Shown: positions 12,885-27,273 of the stretch, piece after piece
Layout of the letters: each line of letters begins with the position of its first letter
Numbering within the stretch: the first letter of the stretch is position 1
Assembly (NCBI RefSeq): GCF_009914755.1
Contig: NC_060930.1
Length of the DNA stretch: 64,000 nucleotides
Origin: the human T2T-CHM13v2.0 reference genome, Homo sapiens
Reading direction: 5' to 3' (one strand)
Notes under the pieces: model-generated
What the model was told of the DNA's origin: nothing
Database searches by the model: none
What the model saw: only the letters and a program-made list of their open reading frames with translations
Made by a program: the position numbers and the translations under genes

Positions 12885-14199
12885 TCAAAACAGTCTTTCT
12901 AACCCATTAAGAGCCACTAGATATTTGCATCCTTTATTTAAAATTTATAGATCTGAATCTCTGACAAATAGATCTATTATTTTTATAAATTACTAATTAT
13001 ATTCCACATTCTTATTACTACCAAATGACCAACATATACCCAGAAAATCTCAGACTCTCTGTTTGAAGTTGAATAATACAGTTACTTACTAATTTCAGGT
13101 GAAATTAAGACAAGTTAGGATATCATCGAAGAGTCAAATTAAACCTCAAGAATTGACTGTATAAAAATAATTCAGATTGTGTGGGAAAGTACACTCTTAG
13201 AAAACAAGAAATTTCTCCAGGAAAAAAAGGATAACAGAAGACCAATGGGAGGAAATTGATTTGGAGAAAAGCAGCTGTATCTTCCATCTGCACTCTCACA
13301 AGAGAGAAGTCTAAACATTACATTGCAGCAGAATTTTTACCTCTCAATTGTGAACACAGAAAAAGCAAATCCTGCTTCTGTAGTTGGTTTATAAACAGCA
13401 TTCTTTCTGATTTTAATGAGAGGGTTTCAGGAAGAAAGGATCAGACAATATAATTTTGCACCCAGAAGCAAGGTTACCAAGGGGCTGGAGAGGGTCTTCT
13501 GCAAATGCACACTGATAACAGGACCAGGCAGCAGAGAGACCCTCAATGATAATGACCCCATAACTTGAGATACAGTTATTAAAATGAACCAATATGAGAG
13601 GGGTAGTCTATTAACTATATGAGGAAAATCCAAAGAAAATTATATATGATCTGCTTTCAGATGGAAATAATTTTTGTTAGGCAAATGCAATATTTAATAG
13701 GCTTGTAAATTGGATTGTGGCATTTACTGGAATTAAAAGGAAATAAAGTGATTAGGTAGCTGGATTGCTTAGATTTTTCTTCTTATCCCAGGGATTCTAT
13801 CATATTTGAGGTGGTGAATTAGTATATGAAACAATGTTTTTCTAGCTTCTCATTAGCAGCACCAAACTGGCAGAACAGAACATTATGTCCTTGGTCAAAA
13901 TGTGTTAGAGAGAAAGATGTTTTAAAATGTGATGTTACATGTGTGATGGGGATGAAACGAACAATGCCATATAATACTGAAGGATCTCTCTTAATTAACC
14001 AGAATTGCCCTAAGTCAGAGAAGTTTTGGTAGAAAATGAGGCAGCTTGTTATACACATTTTAGTTTGAAGTGTCAGTGGAAATTTCAAATTGTATGTTCA
14101 GAAAGAGAGGAAATTTGGAAATGAACTTCCTTAGAAGAAAAAAAATCAGCAAGGAAATATTTTGAATAAAGATTTTGGATTGCTTCACACTTAGAATAT

Positions 14200-14420
14200 A
14201 ACATAGCTACCATATGTGAGCATAATGTAGACCAAAGCTTATTTTATATTCCTCTCTTAATTGTCACAAGCATCCTTTAATTTAAGTATTATCCCTATGT
14301 CACAGACAAAAATAGGGCAGAGTGAAATGAAAAGCCCTTCTTCAACTACAAGAAACAGAATCAAGAGTTAAGATCAGGTTTTCTGATTCCACGTTTCCTG
14401 CTCCTTCATTTATGCAACAG
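14200..14420 (-). mobile_element. MIR SINE
   Basis: atagctaccatatgtgagcataatgtagacca...attatccctatgtcacagaca. Confidence 0.6.
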
Positions 14421-14749
14421 CTCATCTGGAACAAAGAATAAAGAGAAAAAAGAAAGGAAGGTCAAGGAAAAACCATGGACAAATTTATGACTCAGAATTA
14501 TGTTAGCATGAATTTTCAGTCAGCATAATTTTGAGAGTTTATCCAGCAAAGTCCAGCAACCTGGGAATACAACCTGCAAAACAGAAGGTAGAGTGATTCA
14601 CTGTTGAAGATTGGCAAGTTGACACTATGCAAGGTTAAATATGCAAGGGTTTTTAAAGGTGGTAATGAGTACATCACTGGAAAGTGGGGCCATGTTGGCA
14701 GAGGGGCAGGTGAAGCTAGAAGGTGACTCATAGACTAAGAGTTTGAAAA

Positions 14750-14960
14750 TGTCTGGCTGCCTCCCTGCCATTATCAAAGCTCAAAGTATCAGATTTTCAT
14801 TTTCTCAGACTCTTGATTCCAGAACATAGGTGCATTGGAGATTTCTAAAGCTGGTTCTGCAAGATTTAGAGAAATTCTCAGAGCTTGCTACTATCCTTTC
14901 AACAGATTCCGCTTCATCTTAAGTTAATGAGAAGAGTTCCCCCCTTTTTCTTACTAATAC
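14750..14960 (+). mobile_element. LTR33-like ERVL LTR fragment (internally deleted)
   Basis: ttcattttctcagactcttg...atcctttcaacagattccgcttcatcttaagtta resembles the LTR33 5' and 3' parts. Confidence 0.4.
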
Positions 14961-15915
14961 AATGTTTGATCAATTTTGGTCTTATTTTATCTGCCCTTTC
15001 TCTCCTCCAAATTCTTTAAAATTACAGAATGCAGTTAAGTATGTGATCCAGCATCCAAGGAATTTGGGAGAAACTCTTAGAAGGTAGAAAATAGATGGCA
15101 TTGGTTTGACGTGAATAGAGAACCCCATAAGCTTAAAATATGCACATGAGGAAACTACTGGAAAGATTCAGACTAAGAACAGTTCCAAAGATGTTCATAG
15201 ATGTAAGTGTACAAATGGAAGATAACTGGCTTCCAAACACAATCATTAGGGCAGTTAATGAACTGCATTACTCACAGCATAACTGGTAAGCCAAGCAAGG
15301 TTCTTTCTCTTTCCTCATACCTGGAACACTAGCTATTAGGAGTTGCATTCATCCCCAGGATAAAAAATTGAAACCACTCTCTAAGAAAGTGAAACCCCTG
15401 CCTAGGGATGCCTTCTTAGAAGACGTTAAGGGGCTGGGAGAGAAGCAGAGGAGAGCTTGGCAGAATGTTGGATGTCCAGGGAGGGAACTACCTTAGATCT
15501 TCAAGCTGAAGAAGTGGGAGGTTGTCAACTTTTCTACTTATTACAGGCTCAGCCTCCTGAAAGTGAAGTTGGCTGGTCCACATTTTCCATCGAACTATAC
15601 AAAGCCCACAATCAGTTCTTCATCCAGAACAGCACTCTGGCTACTTCAGCTGCATTTAGCCATAGCAAAAGTCTAAAGAGAGTAAAACATGTCTTTGCAT
15701 TATTTATATGTTGGTACTCTGCCATTTTAGTTTGCTTTAAACTAAATCATTCATAAAATAATCTGATATCAGCTACTTATACTTTATATCTAACTTTTGA
15801 ATAAATGACCCTTTATAAAATAATTTCTGTAAATAAAACAGGCTTTTTGATGGAAGGATTATCCTAGTTTCTCTAAAATCATGCAAGATCAGTGTCTTCT
15901 ATATTTTTCCTACAG

Positions 15916-16338
15916 TGTGAAAAGACAAAATTACAACAAAGTTAATGTAAAGTTCTAATCAGCTTATACTGGTGATTCTAGAATAAAGCAACATCCCATT
16001 CTATAAAGGAAAATGGATGATCTGATAAGTCGAGTGGAGGTGATGGGCTTTATAGGCAGAAAATAGCTGAAGAAAGCAGAAACAGGAAACACCAAGAGGA
16101 CTGGTTGTTTCAAAGTTACTTTCCTTTTAGGGTAAAACAGAGGGGACTTTCTTATGCTGGCTCAGGAAAACTAGGCCCCTTCTGACTGTCTGCTGTCAAT
16201 TTCCTGTTTCTTGGAAAACTGGTCCATTTCGAAGCTCAGTTTGATTATGTGGCACTTAGCATGGGTTTGTTCTGGTCTATTAGGGCTAGTGCTGAACCTT
16301 GGTTCAAAACAATGATCCCCCAGAAATTTTATTTAACA
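15916..16338 (-). mobile_element. MER31/MER67-group ERV1 solo LTR
   Basis: TG...CA termini; the minus strand begins tgttaaataaaattt. 4-bp TSD acag/atag. Confidence 0.75.
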
Positions 16339-16342
16339 ATAG

Positions 16343-16368
16343 TAATCACCTACGGAACATGTAGGGAA

Positions 16369-16399
<31 letters not shown>

Positions 16400-16530
16400 A
16401 ACACATACACATTCCTGAATCCCACTCCAGACCTACTGAATCAAAATCTTCATTTTAAGCCCATTGAGGGACTTGAAAATGAAAATCTTGAAGAAGTAAG
16501 CCAGGTAATTCTGTAATCTTACACATATGG
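16343..16530. mobile_element. MER5-type hAT-Charlie fragment containing a (CA)n
   Basis: attcctgaatcccactccagacctactgaatcaaaatct...ccaggtaattctg. Confidence 0.65.
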
Positions 16531-16746
16531 GAAATACTACAGAATATGGAACTATGCACAACCACAAGCATACTCATTCACCTGCCCCTACACACCTACA
16601 CACAAAGCATTTATGCTTTACTGCAAACCACCTTTCATAAACCTTTCCCATGTTCACTGTTTCCTAGTGGTATAAACTGAAAGCTATAAGTGTTTAAAGA
16701 GAAGGAATGATAACTTCCAGTGAGACTTGTTAATTCTTTTGTTGGC

Positions 16747-16926
16747 CAGTGTTGTTGTTCTCAAACTTCAGGAGGCATAGGATTATCTCAAAAATGATTC
16801 GAGGTGCCCAGCACCAACTTGCCCCTTCCCCCTGCAGAATCTCTGATCCAGTTGGTTAGCAACAGACAGGAATCTTCATATGTAACAAGCATCCCTAGGT
16901 AATTTCATCACTTTGAGGAACACTTT
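16747..16926. mobile_element. MER5-type hAT-Charlie MITE
   Basis: cagtg...ttctcaaactt...taacaagcatccctaggtaatt...cactttgaggaacact. Confidence 0.7.
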
Positions 16927-17149
16927 CCTCCTCTCTCTTTAATTTCTCTGTGTCTCTTAGCCCACTCCTCACACTACTTATTTAACTTCTTTGCTTCATT
17001 TCCTCCTCCACTTTCCCTGCCTTACCTAGCCCTCTTTAAGTGACTGGAAATATGATGTAATTAATAAGTGTCATACCTATTTGGGTGAAGATTCTCAATA
17101 CTATTTGCAAATCACATACGTGTTAGCGCCAGAAAAAATAAAAACACTT

Positions 17150-17215
17150 TTTATTAGTCTGTTCTCACACTGCTATAAAGAATACTACCTGAAACTGGGT
17201 AATTATAAAGAGAGA
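17150..17215 (-). mobile_element. MST (MaLR) LTR terminal fragment
   Basis: tattagtctgttctcacactgctataaagaatactacctgaaactgggtaatt. Confidence 0.7.
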
Positions 17216-18429
17216 AATCAATGAAAACAAACAGACCTTCCTCAATACCTGCTAAAAAATAAGTGAAGTTTAAGTTGAATTGAGGGTAAATATTTTAGAC
17301 AAATTAGAAACAGGTGAGTTACAAGGAACATTTAAATGCTTCATACTCCAACAAAAAAGGGGGGAGAGATTAGAGGCAACTCCTCTTTTCTGAGTAAGAC
17401 CCAGAGAAAGAGTAAAAGGTGTAGCAAGAGATATTTTTATTTTTATGAATGCCTACGCAAAGAGTGAGAGGGAAGTGACAGACAGATGAAAAGTTTGAAA
17501 TAATCTTGAAGCTCAGAATAGATAGGGGCAACTTAACCAATGTCAAAAGCAAAATTAATAATAAGAAAAATTACTGTCAACAGTATTGAGCCCCAGAGGG
17601 CTTTAGGCAGGTCATAGGAGGTTTATATTAAGCATAATCAGAAACAAAACAAAAGAAGACAAATGGAAAGGTTTGCATTGCCAGAATAAACAGTGTTTAG
17701 AGACTTTTGTTTGGGCACGCGGAAAGGATGTTACCCAAATGTGGAGGCTATCTTTTGTTTCAACAATAAGGATGTACCTAAATTGGTTGTTTATTGAACA
17801 TAAAATGTCAGCAAATGTACAAGTAATCCTGAAAATCCACATCAAAAAAACTCTGGAAGATAAGAAAACCTCATTTTTAGAAAAAAAATGCAGTTAGGAG
17901 AAGCCGTAAATTCAGATAAGTCAACTTATTTTCTTTATGTAGGAAGGTAAGAAGACTCATTTTAAATTCACTCATATGATACTGAGGACAAACATCGACT
18001 CCTCAATACTGAAAAATCAACTCCTCTAAACAAGTCAACCTGAAATGACTTTCCCAGAGCAAAATTTTAATTCTAAATTAATCACACTCTTTAATACAAT
18101 GAAATAATGGCATGTGTGTGCACACCACACACACATCCACACCCCTTTACCCTAGGTCAAAACATTTTTTCTGGTCTCCACCATCTCCCTTTCCTGTATT
18201 ACACAGCCTAACATTCTGAAGAGAGAGTGTTTGTAACTTTAAAGTGTAATAAAATGAAAGTATATTAAATGAGCTCTATAAATTATGATGCATATGCTAT
18301 TGTTCTGTTTTCTGACTTTTTAAAAATTTTCATAAAGCTAAAAATATAATTAAAAGCTAAATTAAAAATTAGTACATATTTTGGAGAAACATACCACTAC
18401 TCCATATAATTTAATTTTCCCACATGTAA

Positions 18430-18665
18430 TCTTTTTGCTGGATACATCACAATATTGAATGAGAAGGGTAAATACGTGTGGGAAAGAGCTTGTTGTGAAT
18501 TCCTCTACCTGTGTAATACTCCTTCTTGGGCTTTCCTCTGTTGTCTGTGCTTGGAAAAATCCACTGGTTAATTTTAAGTGCACCTCTTACTTCACTGGTG
18601 TGAAATCCAATCATATTTATTTGAGTACATCCTCTTCCTCCAATATTGGCTCCATTTAAGCACAT
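18430..18665 (-). mobile_element. Possible ancient non-LTR (RTE/L4-like) reverse-transcriptase fragment
   Basis: Frameshifted minus-strand peptides W..ILEEEDV / INMIG / KEYYTGRGI / ALS...FNIVM resemble non-LTR RT motifs. Confidence 0.35.
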
Positions 18666-18679
18666 CTTAACTATCTTAA

Positions 18680-19093
18680 TGGCTGTAATCCAGTCCAAGT
18701 GTGAAGGCCTGAGAAACAGGGAAGGTGATGGTATAACTCTCAATCTGAAGCTGAAGGCCCAGGAACTTGAGGGACCATTGGTGCAAGTCCTGGAGTTCAA
18801 AGGCTGAAGAACCGAGAGTTCTAATGTTCAAGTATAGGGGAAGATAGGAACTCCAACTCAGGAAGAGAGAGCAAATTCACCTTTCCTCTGCCTTTTTGTT
18901 GTATCCAGGCAGTCATTGGATTAGATGGTGCCCACCAACATAAGGTTTGGGCAGATCTTTCTTACACAGTCCACTGATTCAAATACCAATCTCTTTCAGA
19001 AACACTCTCAGAGACATACCCAGAAATAATGCTTTACCAGCTATCTTGGTATCTCTTACCCAGTCAAATTGACACTTAAAACTAACCATCACA
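18680..19093 (-). mobile_element. MLT2 (ERVL) LTR, truncated
   Basis: Ends ...cagtcaaattgacacttaaaactaaccatcaca, the reverse complement of the MLT2 start TGTGATGGTTA. Confidence 0.85.
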
Positions 19094-19457
19094 GCTGATG
19101 ACTATTAAAATACCAAAACTAAGGAGGCATTGTAAAAAGGTGGTCTGGACTACCAGGATGTATGAAGTCAATCAGTAAAATAGGACTTGCTACTCTTGGC
19201 AGTAAGAATCTGCAGGTGGCCAGTGGTCCAGGAAGGTAAATGATAGATTAGTGATCGTGTAAGTGGCAGATGTCGCAGCAGGTGGAAGTAAAGACCAATA
19301 ACAGATAACTATAAGCACCAAAACAGAATCCAGGACATCAAAATCAGGCTCCAAAAAGGCCTTGTGGGAGTCCGTTCCCTTAGGCCTGCTGAGTAACTCA
19401 GACTCCCAGACTTACTAGCTTTGTTAACTTGGTCTAAGTTAGACTTGGTTAACTTAG

Positions 19458-19853
<396 letters not shown>

Positions 19854-20935
19854 TGACATGATCTTATTTTATGTTTCTGAATATTTGGAGGCTGAGAGAA
19901 GTTTACTGCCAGGACAGAAGTTAGGTGTGGATGGGTCATCCGGGAACATGACACAGCACTATGATGCAGGTGCAAACCAGAGCAAGAGTGAGGATGTAAC
20001 GTAGCAAAGATACAGAGCACATCCAGGACCTGAGTTATTGTGACATAAGTGGTTCTATAAATATGAAATAATTATGTTAGTGCACATGACCTCAACAATC
20101 AATAAGGTCCATAAGTGACTGCCAGGGAATGTTACTCCCAGTGATACTTCTGCTAAGAATGTGCCAAGAAAAGCGTTTTCTGGGATGAAGGAATAGCTTT
20201 CATGGGAACTCCTAGACATATCAAGATTCGGTTCTTTTTATCATCATTTTATCCTTTTCTGTCAAATAAACCACAGTCCACAGAAATTTGGAATTGCATT
20301 TTTATTCTGTAACAGCCTTGATGTCCTTCAATGGGAAAAGATAGGATCATTTACTCATGTCAGATTCTCTTACATGTAGTTGTTAGTCTGGCAAGCCACT
20401 GTAAGCTAATACCATGCAGATACCCTTCCCTGGATGGGTCTTTGATTTTCTGTTCTATATTTGAGGTCAAAATAGGCAAAAAAAAAAAAAAAAAAGAATT
20501 AAGTATTTGGATGGCAGAATATGTATTCTGGAATTAAGGAGCATATAGACTTTAAAATCTCTGAAATATGTATAGTGGCCCAAACTCTTGCGATCTGATT
20601 TTAGGAACTAAATCTATCTGGAAGGCAAAGTATGCTTGTATACATTTTCGTTTGGGGGCATATATCTTGTATAGATCTATATGCAATTTTTGTTTATTCA
20701 TTAAAGGGTAAAATATTCATTTCTATCCTTTTAAGTGTTAGGAATTAAAGATGAGATTGCTTCTGCCAATGTTGATCACATAGTCTGGGATAAGAGGGAT
20801 AAGTCTGGGATAAGGGGAGTTGACTAGTTGACTGCCACGTTGAAGGGCAAAGTACATAGTAATATAAATAGTAACATATAGTTAATCCTAGCCATCAAGA
20901 TGTCATTAGGTGATTTTGATTATAAACCAAGTTTC

Positions 20936-21237
20936 TTTTTTTTTTTTTTTTTTTTGAGATGGAGTCTGGCTCTGTGCCCCAGGCTGGAGTGCAATGGCAT
21001 GATCTAGGCTAACTGAAATCTCTGCTTCCCAGGTTCAAGTGATTCTCCTGCCTCAGCCTCCCCGGTAGCTGGGCCTACAGGCATGCACCACCATGCCTGG
21101 CTAATTTTTGTATTTTTAGTAGAGATAGGGTTTCACCATGTGGGACAGGCTGGTCTTGAACTCCCGACCTTAGGTGATTTACCCACCTCGGCCTCCCAAA
21201 GTGCTGGGATTACAGACCTGAGCCACCACGCCTGGCC
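20936..21237 (-). mobile_element. AluS
   Basis: Full Alu; TSD caagtttctttt. Confidence 0.95.
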
Positions 21238-21384
21238 CAAGTTTCTTTTCTGATAAGGTTTTTCTTGCCCTAGCTAAACGCAGTCACATGTCAATGTGTC
21301 TGTAAGTTACAAGCTGTTAGCTACTAAATGTTTAATGAAGAAAGAAGTATTTCCTAGTTGGAATTTGTGTTATGCAGGTCAAGT

Positions 21385-21685
21385 ATTTGTCAAAATTTTC
21401 CTGAAATGGAACACTTATGATCTGAGTATTTCCTTGTATGTAAATTTTACCTCAAAAGAAGAAATTAGGGCAATAAAGAAATATTAAACTTTAGTTAATG
21501 ATATGCATGCTGAGATGTTACATCTGTAAATAACTTTGAAATGAATCCAAAGATAAGGTGAATTGTTGGATGGACAGAGAGACAAGTGTGTGGCAAATCC
21601 AGTGTAGTAAATATTAATTTTAGTATCTTATTGGTAGAAATTTACATTCAAACTTTGTTATGCTTAAATTTTGTAAGGAAAAAAG
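21385..21685 (+). mobile_element. Old L1M 3' UTR fragment
   Basis: acacttatgatctg...tgtatgtaaattttacctc...ttagttaatgatatgcatgctgag. Confidence 0.65.
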
Positions 21686-21722
21686 CCCCAGCCCTATTAA
21701 GGTTGGGAGCTCAGGGGAGTTA

Positions 21723-22050
<328 letters not shown>

Positions 22051-22914
22051 AAAAACAGACTGAATTCAGATACCAAGTAATTAGTAGGCAAAAGAAGTTA
22101 TCATAAGATTAATGCGAAACTCAGATTCCAACATGAAGTCTGGGTTTAAAGCCAATAAAGGCAAAGGCAAGAGTAGTCCACAGTCCACAGAAATACTCAT
22201 TACTGTCATTACTTTTTTGGGTTTTTTTGGCTTTAGACTTTCTTAGACCTTGGCCCTGCGAGTATGTCTTTGTCAATTTTGAATGCAAGGTCTTTTAAAC
22301 CCAGCATTTCATAAACATACTTGCACAGAATTTACTTAATTAACATATATTTTCTGATTGTATATAATGCATTAAGACATGCAATCATGCTTCATAATAA
22401 GCTTCCAGTTGGAAAAGACTCAATCACACTCTATCCTTAAAAGAAATCATTTCAATTGGGTAATAAGTGCTCACAATAAGCAGTTTTCCATGATTACAAA
22501 AAAAAAAGTTATGATTGGGTAAATATGCTTACTATAGCAACCTCTCTGTAGCAGTGACAAAAATTTTCTTCACTTTTTATTCATAATATACACAATTTTT
22601 AGCTTTCTACACTTTTATTTGGTTATAAGTCCTTGTCCAAATAGAGAAGGACCTGTATAACTCACAACGTGAACAATAAAGGGCAGAATAAGAATTGTGT
22701 CTAAGAATGAGCAAATCTATTCCCCTTAAGTATCTTCTAGCTATTAAAAAGCTCTAATATCTTTTGGATTTAATACAATTTTTAATACACTTGGAAGTGA
22801 TTATAACATGAATTTTTCCAGGGGATAAATTCATGTTATATTCATATCATCATGCCAATTCTTTACCTGGAATTGAGTTGATTTTCAGTCCACGTGGTTA
22901 AATGAATGACTGGT

Positions 22915-23313
22915 TGTCTTAGTCCATTTGTACTATTACACAATACCTGAGACGGAGTAATTCATAAATAATAGAAACTTACTTTTGCAATTCTGGACAC
23001 TGAGAAGTCCAAGATTGAGGCACCAGCAGGTTCGGTGTCTATGGAGTGTCTGGTCTCTCTGCTTCCAAGATGGCCTTTTGTTGCTGAGTCCTCTAGAGGG
23101 GAGGAAAGCTGTGTCTTTACATAGCAGAAGGTAGAAGAGAAAAGGGGCTTTGCTATTTCCCTCCAGCCCTTTCATAAGGGCAGTAATCCCATACATGAGG
23201 GTTCTTCCCTCATGATTTGATCACTTCTTGAAGGCCCTACCCTTTACTTCTATGGCAATGGGGTTTAAGTTCAACCTATAAATTTTGGAGGGACACATAC
23301 ATTGAAATTGACA
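22915..23313 (-). mobile_element. MST (MSTC/MSTD-like MaLR) solo LTR
   Basis: tgtcttagtccattt...gaagtccaagattgaggcaccagcaggttc...ttttggagggacac. Confidence 0.8.
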
Positions 23314-23582
23314 TAAGTAGTAAACACAAACATTTGAAAGAAGTACTTGTGTTTCCACATAGTGGAAGCATTTGAAAGAAGGAGCAGACTCCAAATTGCG
23401 GGAGGAATAATGCTGAGATTAATAGACAAATATATTAGTTAATATAAAAAAAGAGAAGTATGTATTAACATGTCTATGGGAAGGCAGGAAGGGAGACAAC
23501 TAAAACTGAGCAATGTTTAGCTTATTACTAGAACTACTGTTAAAGATTTCAAGGGGGGGTGTTCGATTTCAACATGTCAGTA

Positions 23583-23903
23583 CAGGTTGAGCGTCCCTAA
23601 TGTGAAAATCCAAAATGGTCCAAAATCCAAAAGTTTTTGAGTGCCCACATGATGCCAGAAGTGGAAAATTGCTCACATAAGCACTTAACATGAATTTTAT
23701 TTCAGGCACAAAATTACTTAAAATATTACATAAAATTACCTTTAGGCTAGATGTATATGAAATGTAAACAAGTTTTGGATTTAGATTTGGGTCCTGTCCC
23801 CAAGTTATTTTATTACATATCTGCAAATATTCCAAAATCAAAAAAACTGGAATTCCAAAACAATTCTCGTTCCAAGCATTTCAGGTAAGGGATTTTCAAC
23901 TTG
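23583..23903. mobile_element. Tigger4b/MER46-type TcMar MITE
   Basis: Terminal inverted repeats caggttgagcgtccct / agggattttcaacttg, flanked by TA duplications. Confidence 0.85.
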
Positions 23904-24181
23904 TATCTCTTTTTTCCCCACCAAATGCTGTTACCTACTTCTTCCTCCCAACATCACATTGAAATGAACAAAGGAAATGAGCAAAGTCTTACGATAGTTA
24001 TCTGCAGGAACAGCAAAAACTGGAAAGGTCTCTTCCCCAGGCCTGAAAATGTGATTAACTCCTGACAGATATGAGGCTTGTGAGCCTTGTAAGGTAAGAT
24101 TGTTGTGCTGTCAGCTCATTATGCAACACAAGTAAAAAGCTACCCAGTGAAAAAGTAGGCAGGTTTCACCTAGTAAGCATC

Positions 24182-25150
24182 TGTGTCAGGGTCCTTCTTG
24201 AAGCAAGCTATGAGACAAAATTGGGAGACCCAAGCTAGGGGAGGGGAGCCATCAGATCACAATTTAATCTGACCCTGAGTGAAGGAGAAAGGAAAGGAAG
24301 GAAGCAGGATTCACTGAAGTTCAGAGGAAACTTCAGCAAGACCATTGGAAAGACAAAATTGCTGTCAGAAGGGACATGATTCTCCCAGGACCTGGCCTGC
24401 CTTTAAATCCCTGCCACACTCACTCATTGGTGAGAGCAGTCTATGGGAAATGTGGCATCCACTAATTAACATGTGGCAACAATGTCCGATCACAGCAACT
24501 GGGGGTCTCAGAGAATTCTGCTCCTCATGGTCCGAGACCTGAGAGGTACAGCCTCATGGCCACAGCATCCACCTCCCCTGTTCTGATATAAGACACACTC
24601 CTCTATCGATCCCATGGGCCTCTCTTTCTGAGAGAAATTGCAAATAGGCAAGGCAGAGGGTGTAGGATGACCTATATAGTCCCAGTTGCTGTAGCTCATT
24701 TGGGGGTTGCCATTGTTTCTTATCTCTCCTTCTTCCACTATTTGTTTCAAATCCCCCCTCATTTGTCATTGGCTCTCACATTGGCAGGTAATGGTGCTTA
24801 CATGGTGATATGACCCAAACCTTCATTTCAAAGGGCGTTAAACTCTTGACAATCACACCCTTCTTAGATTAGGGTTGCTGCACATGTTTATTCACAGTTA
24901 CGATGGACCAAGGGAGCAGCAAGAGGTGCCCAGTGGATCACCTGGGTTCTATACATATGCTTCCCTGACGCCACTGTGTAAGAGCAACCCTACCTCTTCC
25001 TAGGGATCAGCATCAATTTTGCATGCTGGTATGGCAACTCCTCTTCTTACCTGCTGGTCTGTGGGAACAAGGAGTCCAAAGGGCCCTGGCAGCAGCCATA
25101 ACATGTACGTCAATGGTACCCTTCTAATGGCACAGCATCTCTCTAGTCAG
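24182..25150 (-). mobile_element. LTR16-type 3' LTR (24182-~24567) plus the 3' end of an ERV3-16A3/HERV16-like internal region
   Basis: LTR16-like body; minus-strand polypurine tract caggggaggtgga adjacent at ~24568-24580; decayed ERVL integrase C-terminal sequence follows. Confidence 0.7.
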
Positions 25151-27273
25151 GATCTATTGCTTCTTGCTAGACGAGGCAACAGTTTCTGATGCAATAACAA
25201 GTATTACTTTTGTAATATGTTTTTGACAACTTTTTGATTTGAATCTTAGTGCCATGAAATCACTTTGGAGTGAACTATAACTGTTTCCTCCTCCCAACGC
25301 ACACTCAGATTGTTGTAAGAAGCAAACGAAATAATACATGTAAAAGAGATTAATGGAAAACTTGGAAAAAGGTGGGATCAGATAAATATTGAATCTTTAT
25401 CCAAATCTTATCCAATGATAAGTGATAAGCTATACATTTTAAACACTATTTTTGAAGCATCAGTTATTAATTTAACACACAATAATGGGGGACCAGTTTG
25501 TGCCATGCATAGCACTAAGCATGGGCATGAATTAGATGGGGTTTAACACATTTGGAGCTGACCCTATGTTCTTTTGCTCCTCTTTTAAACTCAGCCCATA
25601 AAACATGTCACAGTGGCTCCTTTCTTACACAAATAACTTAAACATTACCACTTAACATTTAAACTTATTGGTACTGAAATGACAGCATTAGTTCTTTTTT
25701 CAGGGAAAATTACAAAAACAGTGCATTATCTCGTCATTTTAATATATTACTTGTAGCTTAGTAAGTAGCACCCTTTTCAACTAGTTCTTAATAGGTGTAC
25801 ATACGTATTGTCATTTTTTTGCCTTAAATTTGCATCTAGGTATTACTCATATTTTGATATCTAGTAAAGCAAACAGGTATTCATCTTCCTGACACTTTCT
25901 GTACAAATCTGGGGTGTTTTTAGAGTATTTGGTTTCTATGGCTGATTAAAACTGTTCATGATATAGCCTCTGTGGTTTACACTACCTGACATTCATTAGC
26001 ATGTAGAATTTGTTTTAAAAAATAGTGAATAATGCATCTCAATGAAAAATCGGTACTGTCAGTAGGAACACCAAATTTTCCTTTCCTAGAGGCAGAAAAA
26101 CATTATATTCTTTCTTTGGTATCTTCTTTTGTTCTGTCACAATGTCTTGAATATTTTGTTCTGAGTACTGTTCCTACCATGGTGTTCTGTACAATCACAG
26201 TCCAGGCTCTATGCTTCTCAAAAATATCAGCTTTGTAGCAATGTTTAGTTTACTGAAAAAAATAGACTAGTTGGGCAATGAAAATTTTCCTTTAAACAAT
26301 GAAATATATGTTGAAGAAAAAAATAGTCAAAATCTTAAATCTTTATAATAAAAAAGTGAGCCAAGTAAAGAGAGTCAGGGGAAGAAATATAAAAGAATGA
26401 GCAAGGGAACAAACAATAAGAGAATCAAGAATGTAATTATCACGAGATATACAATGTTGGGAACATTGTTCAAAGAATTTTGATTCCACATTATAGTTCA
26501 AACTTAGCATATAAATAGCAAATTCCAAAAATGGAATTTTAAGCCATTTTCTCAATTACCAGTTTGGGATTTTGAATGGATGCAATTTTGAGATTGTTTA
26601 TACCGACTAAAATACAGAAAAGGCCAAGACAAAAGGTTCCTGAAGATCGACTTCAAAGTATTTGAAATGTTTTTGTCACTTTTGAAATGGATATTTTTAT
26701 AATCATTCTTAAAAATAATAATCCACTCTAGTCCTCCAGAAATACTGAAAATTTTAATTTATTTTATTTGGCACATTGTTATTTTCAGAATAGAAAAATA
26801 TTGCTCATAATTTCATGATCATAAAATAAATTGATTTATACTGCATTATAATAGATTAGGGCCAGCTCTAGGGACAGAGGCAAAAAGGGCAAGCTTTATG
26901 GGTGGCCTAAGCTGAGAGGCTCCAAAATCTCGCTAAATGAACATGTTTCCCATGTCAGCTGGCATGGAACCTGAAACTCCCAATAGAGTCATTGTTAAAG
27001 TTAAGCTAACGATTCCAGAAGGCCTCGGTAATAATGCAAATTATTTTTTCACCAGTAGTGAAAATATTAATCTATTATCATTAATTTTTAAAATTATAAA
27101 TAGCTAGCTGCTACTTCTTAAAGGCCATGAATTACTGAAAAGAAATGACAAGGAAATGCTGAGAGGAGGCAGAAGGAACTCATTATTTCAGATGTGTGGA
27201 CTCAGAATGTGACACTGTAAGATGAGCTTTTTTAACTGGGAAAGTTAACAAATTTGTTTTAGGTATTGCTATC

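Noticed and set aside
25690-25766. Possible ~57-bp exon (ttctttttcag ... gtaagt)
   Set aside because: Such signal pairs arise by chance in AT-rich DNA and the exonic side of the donor is poor.
26858-27060. Possible hAT-Tip100 fragment (agggccagctctaggg...)
   Set aside because: Only one TIR-like end is seen, which is too weak to call.
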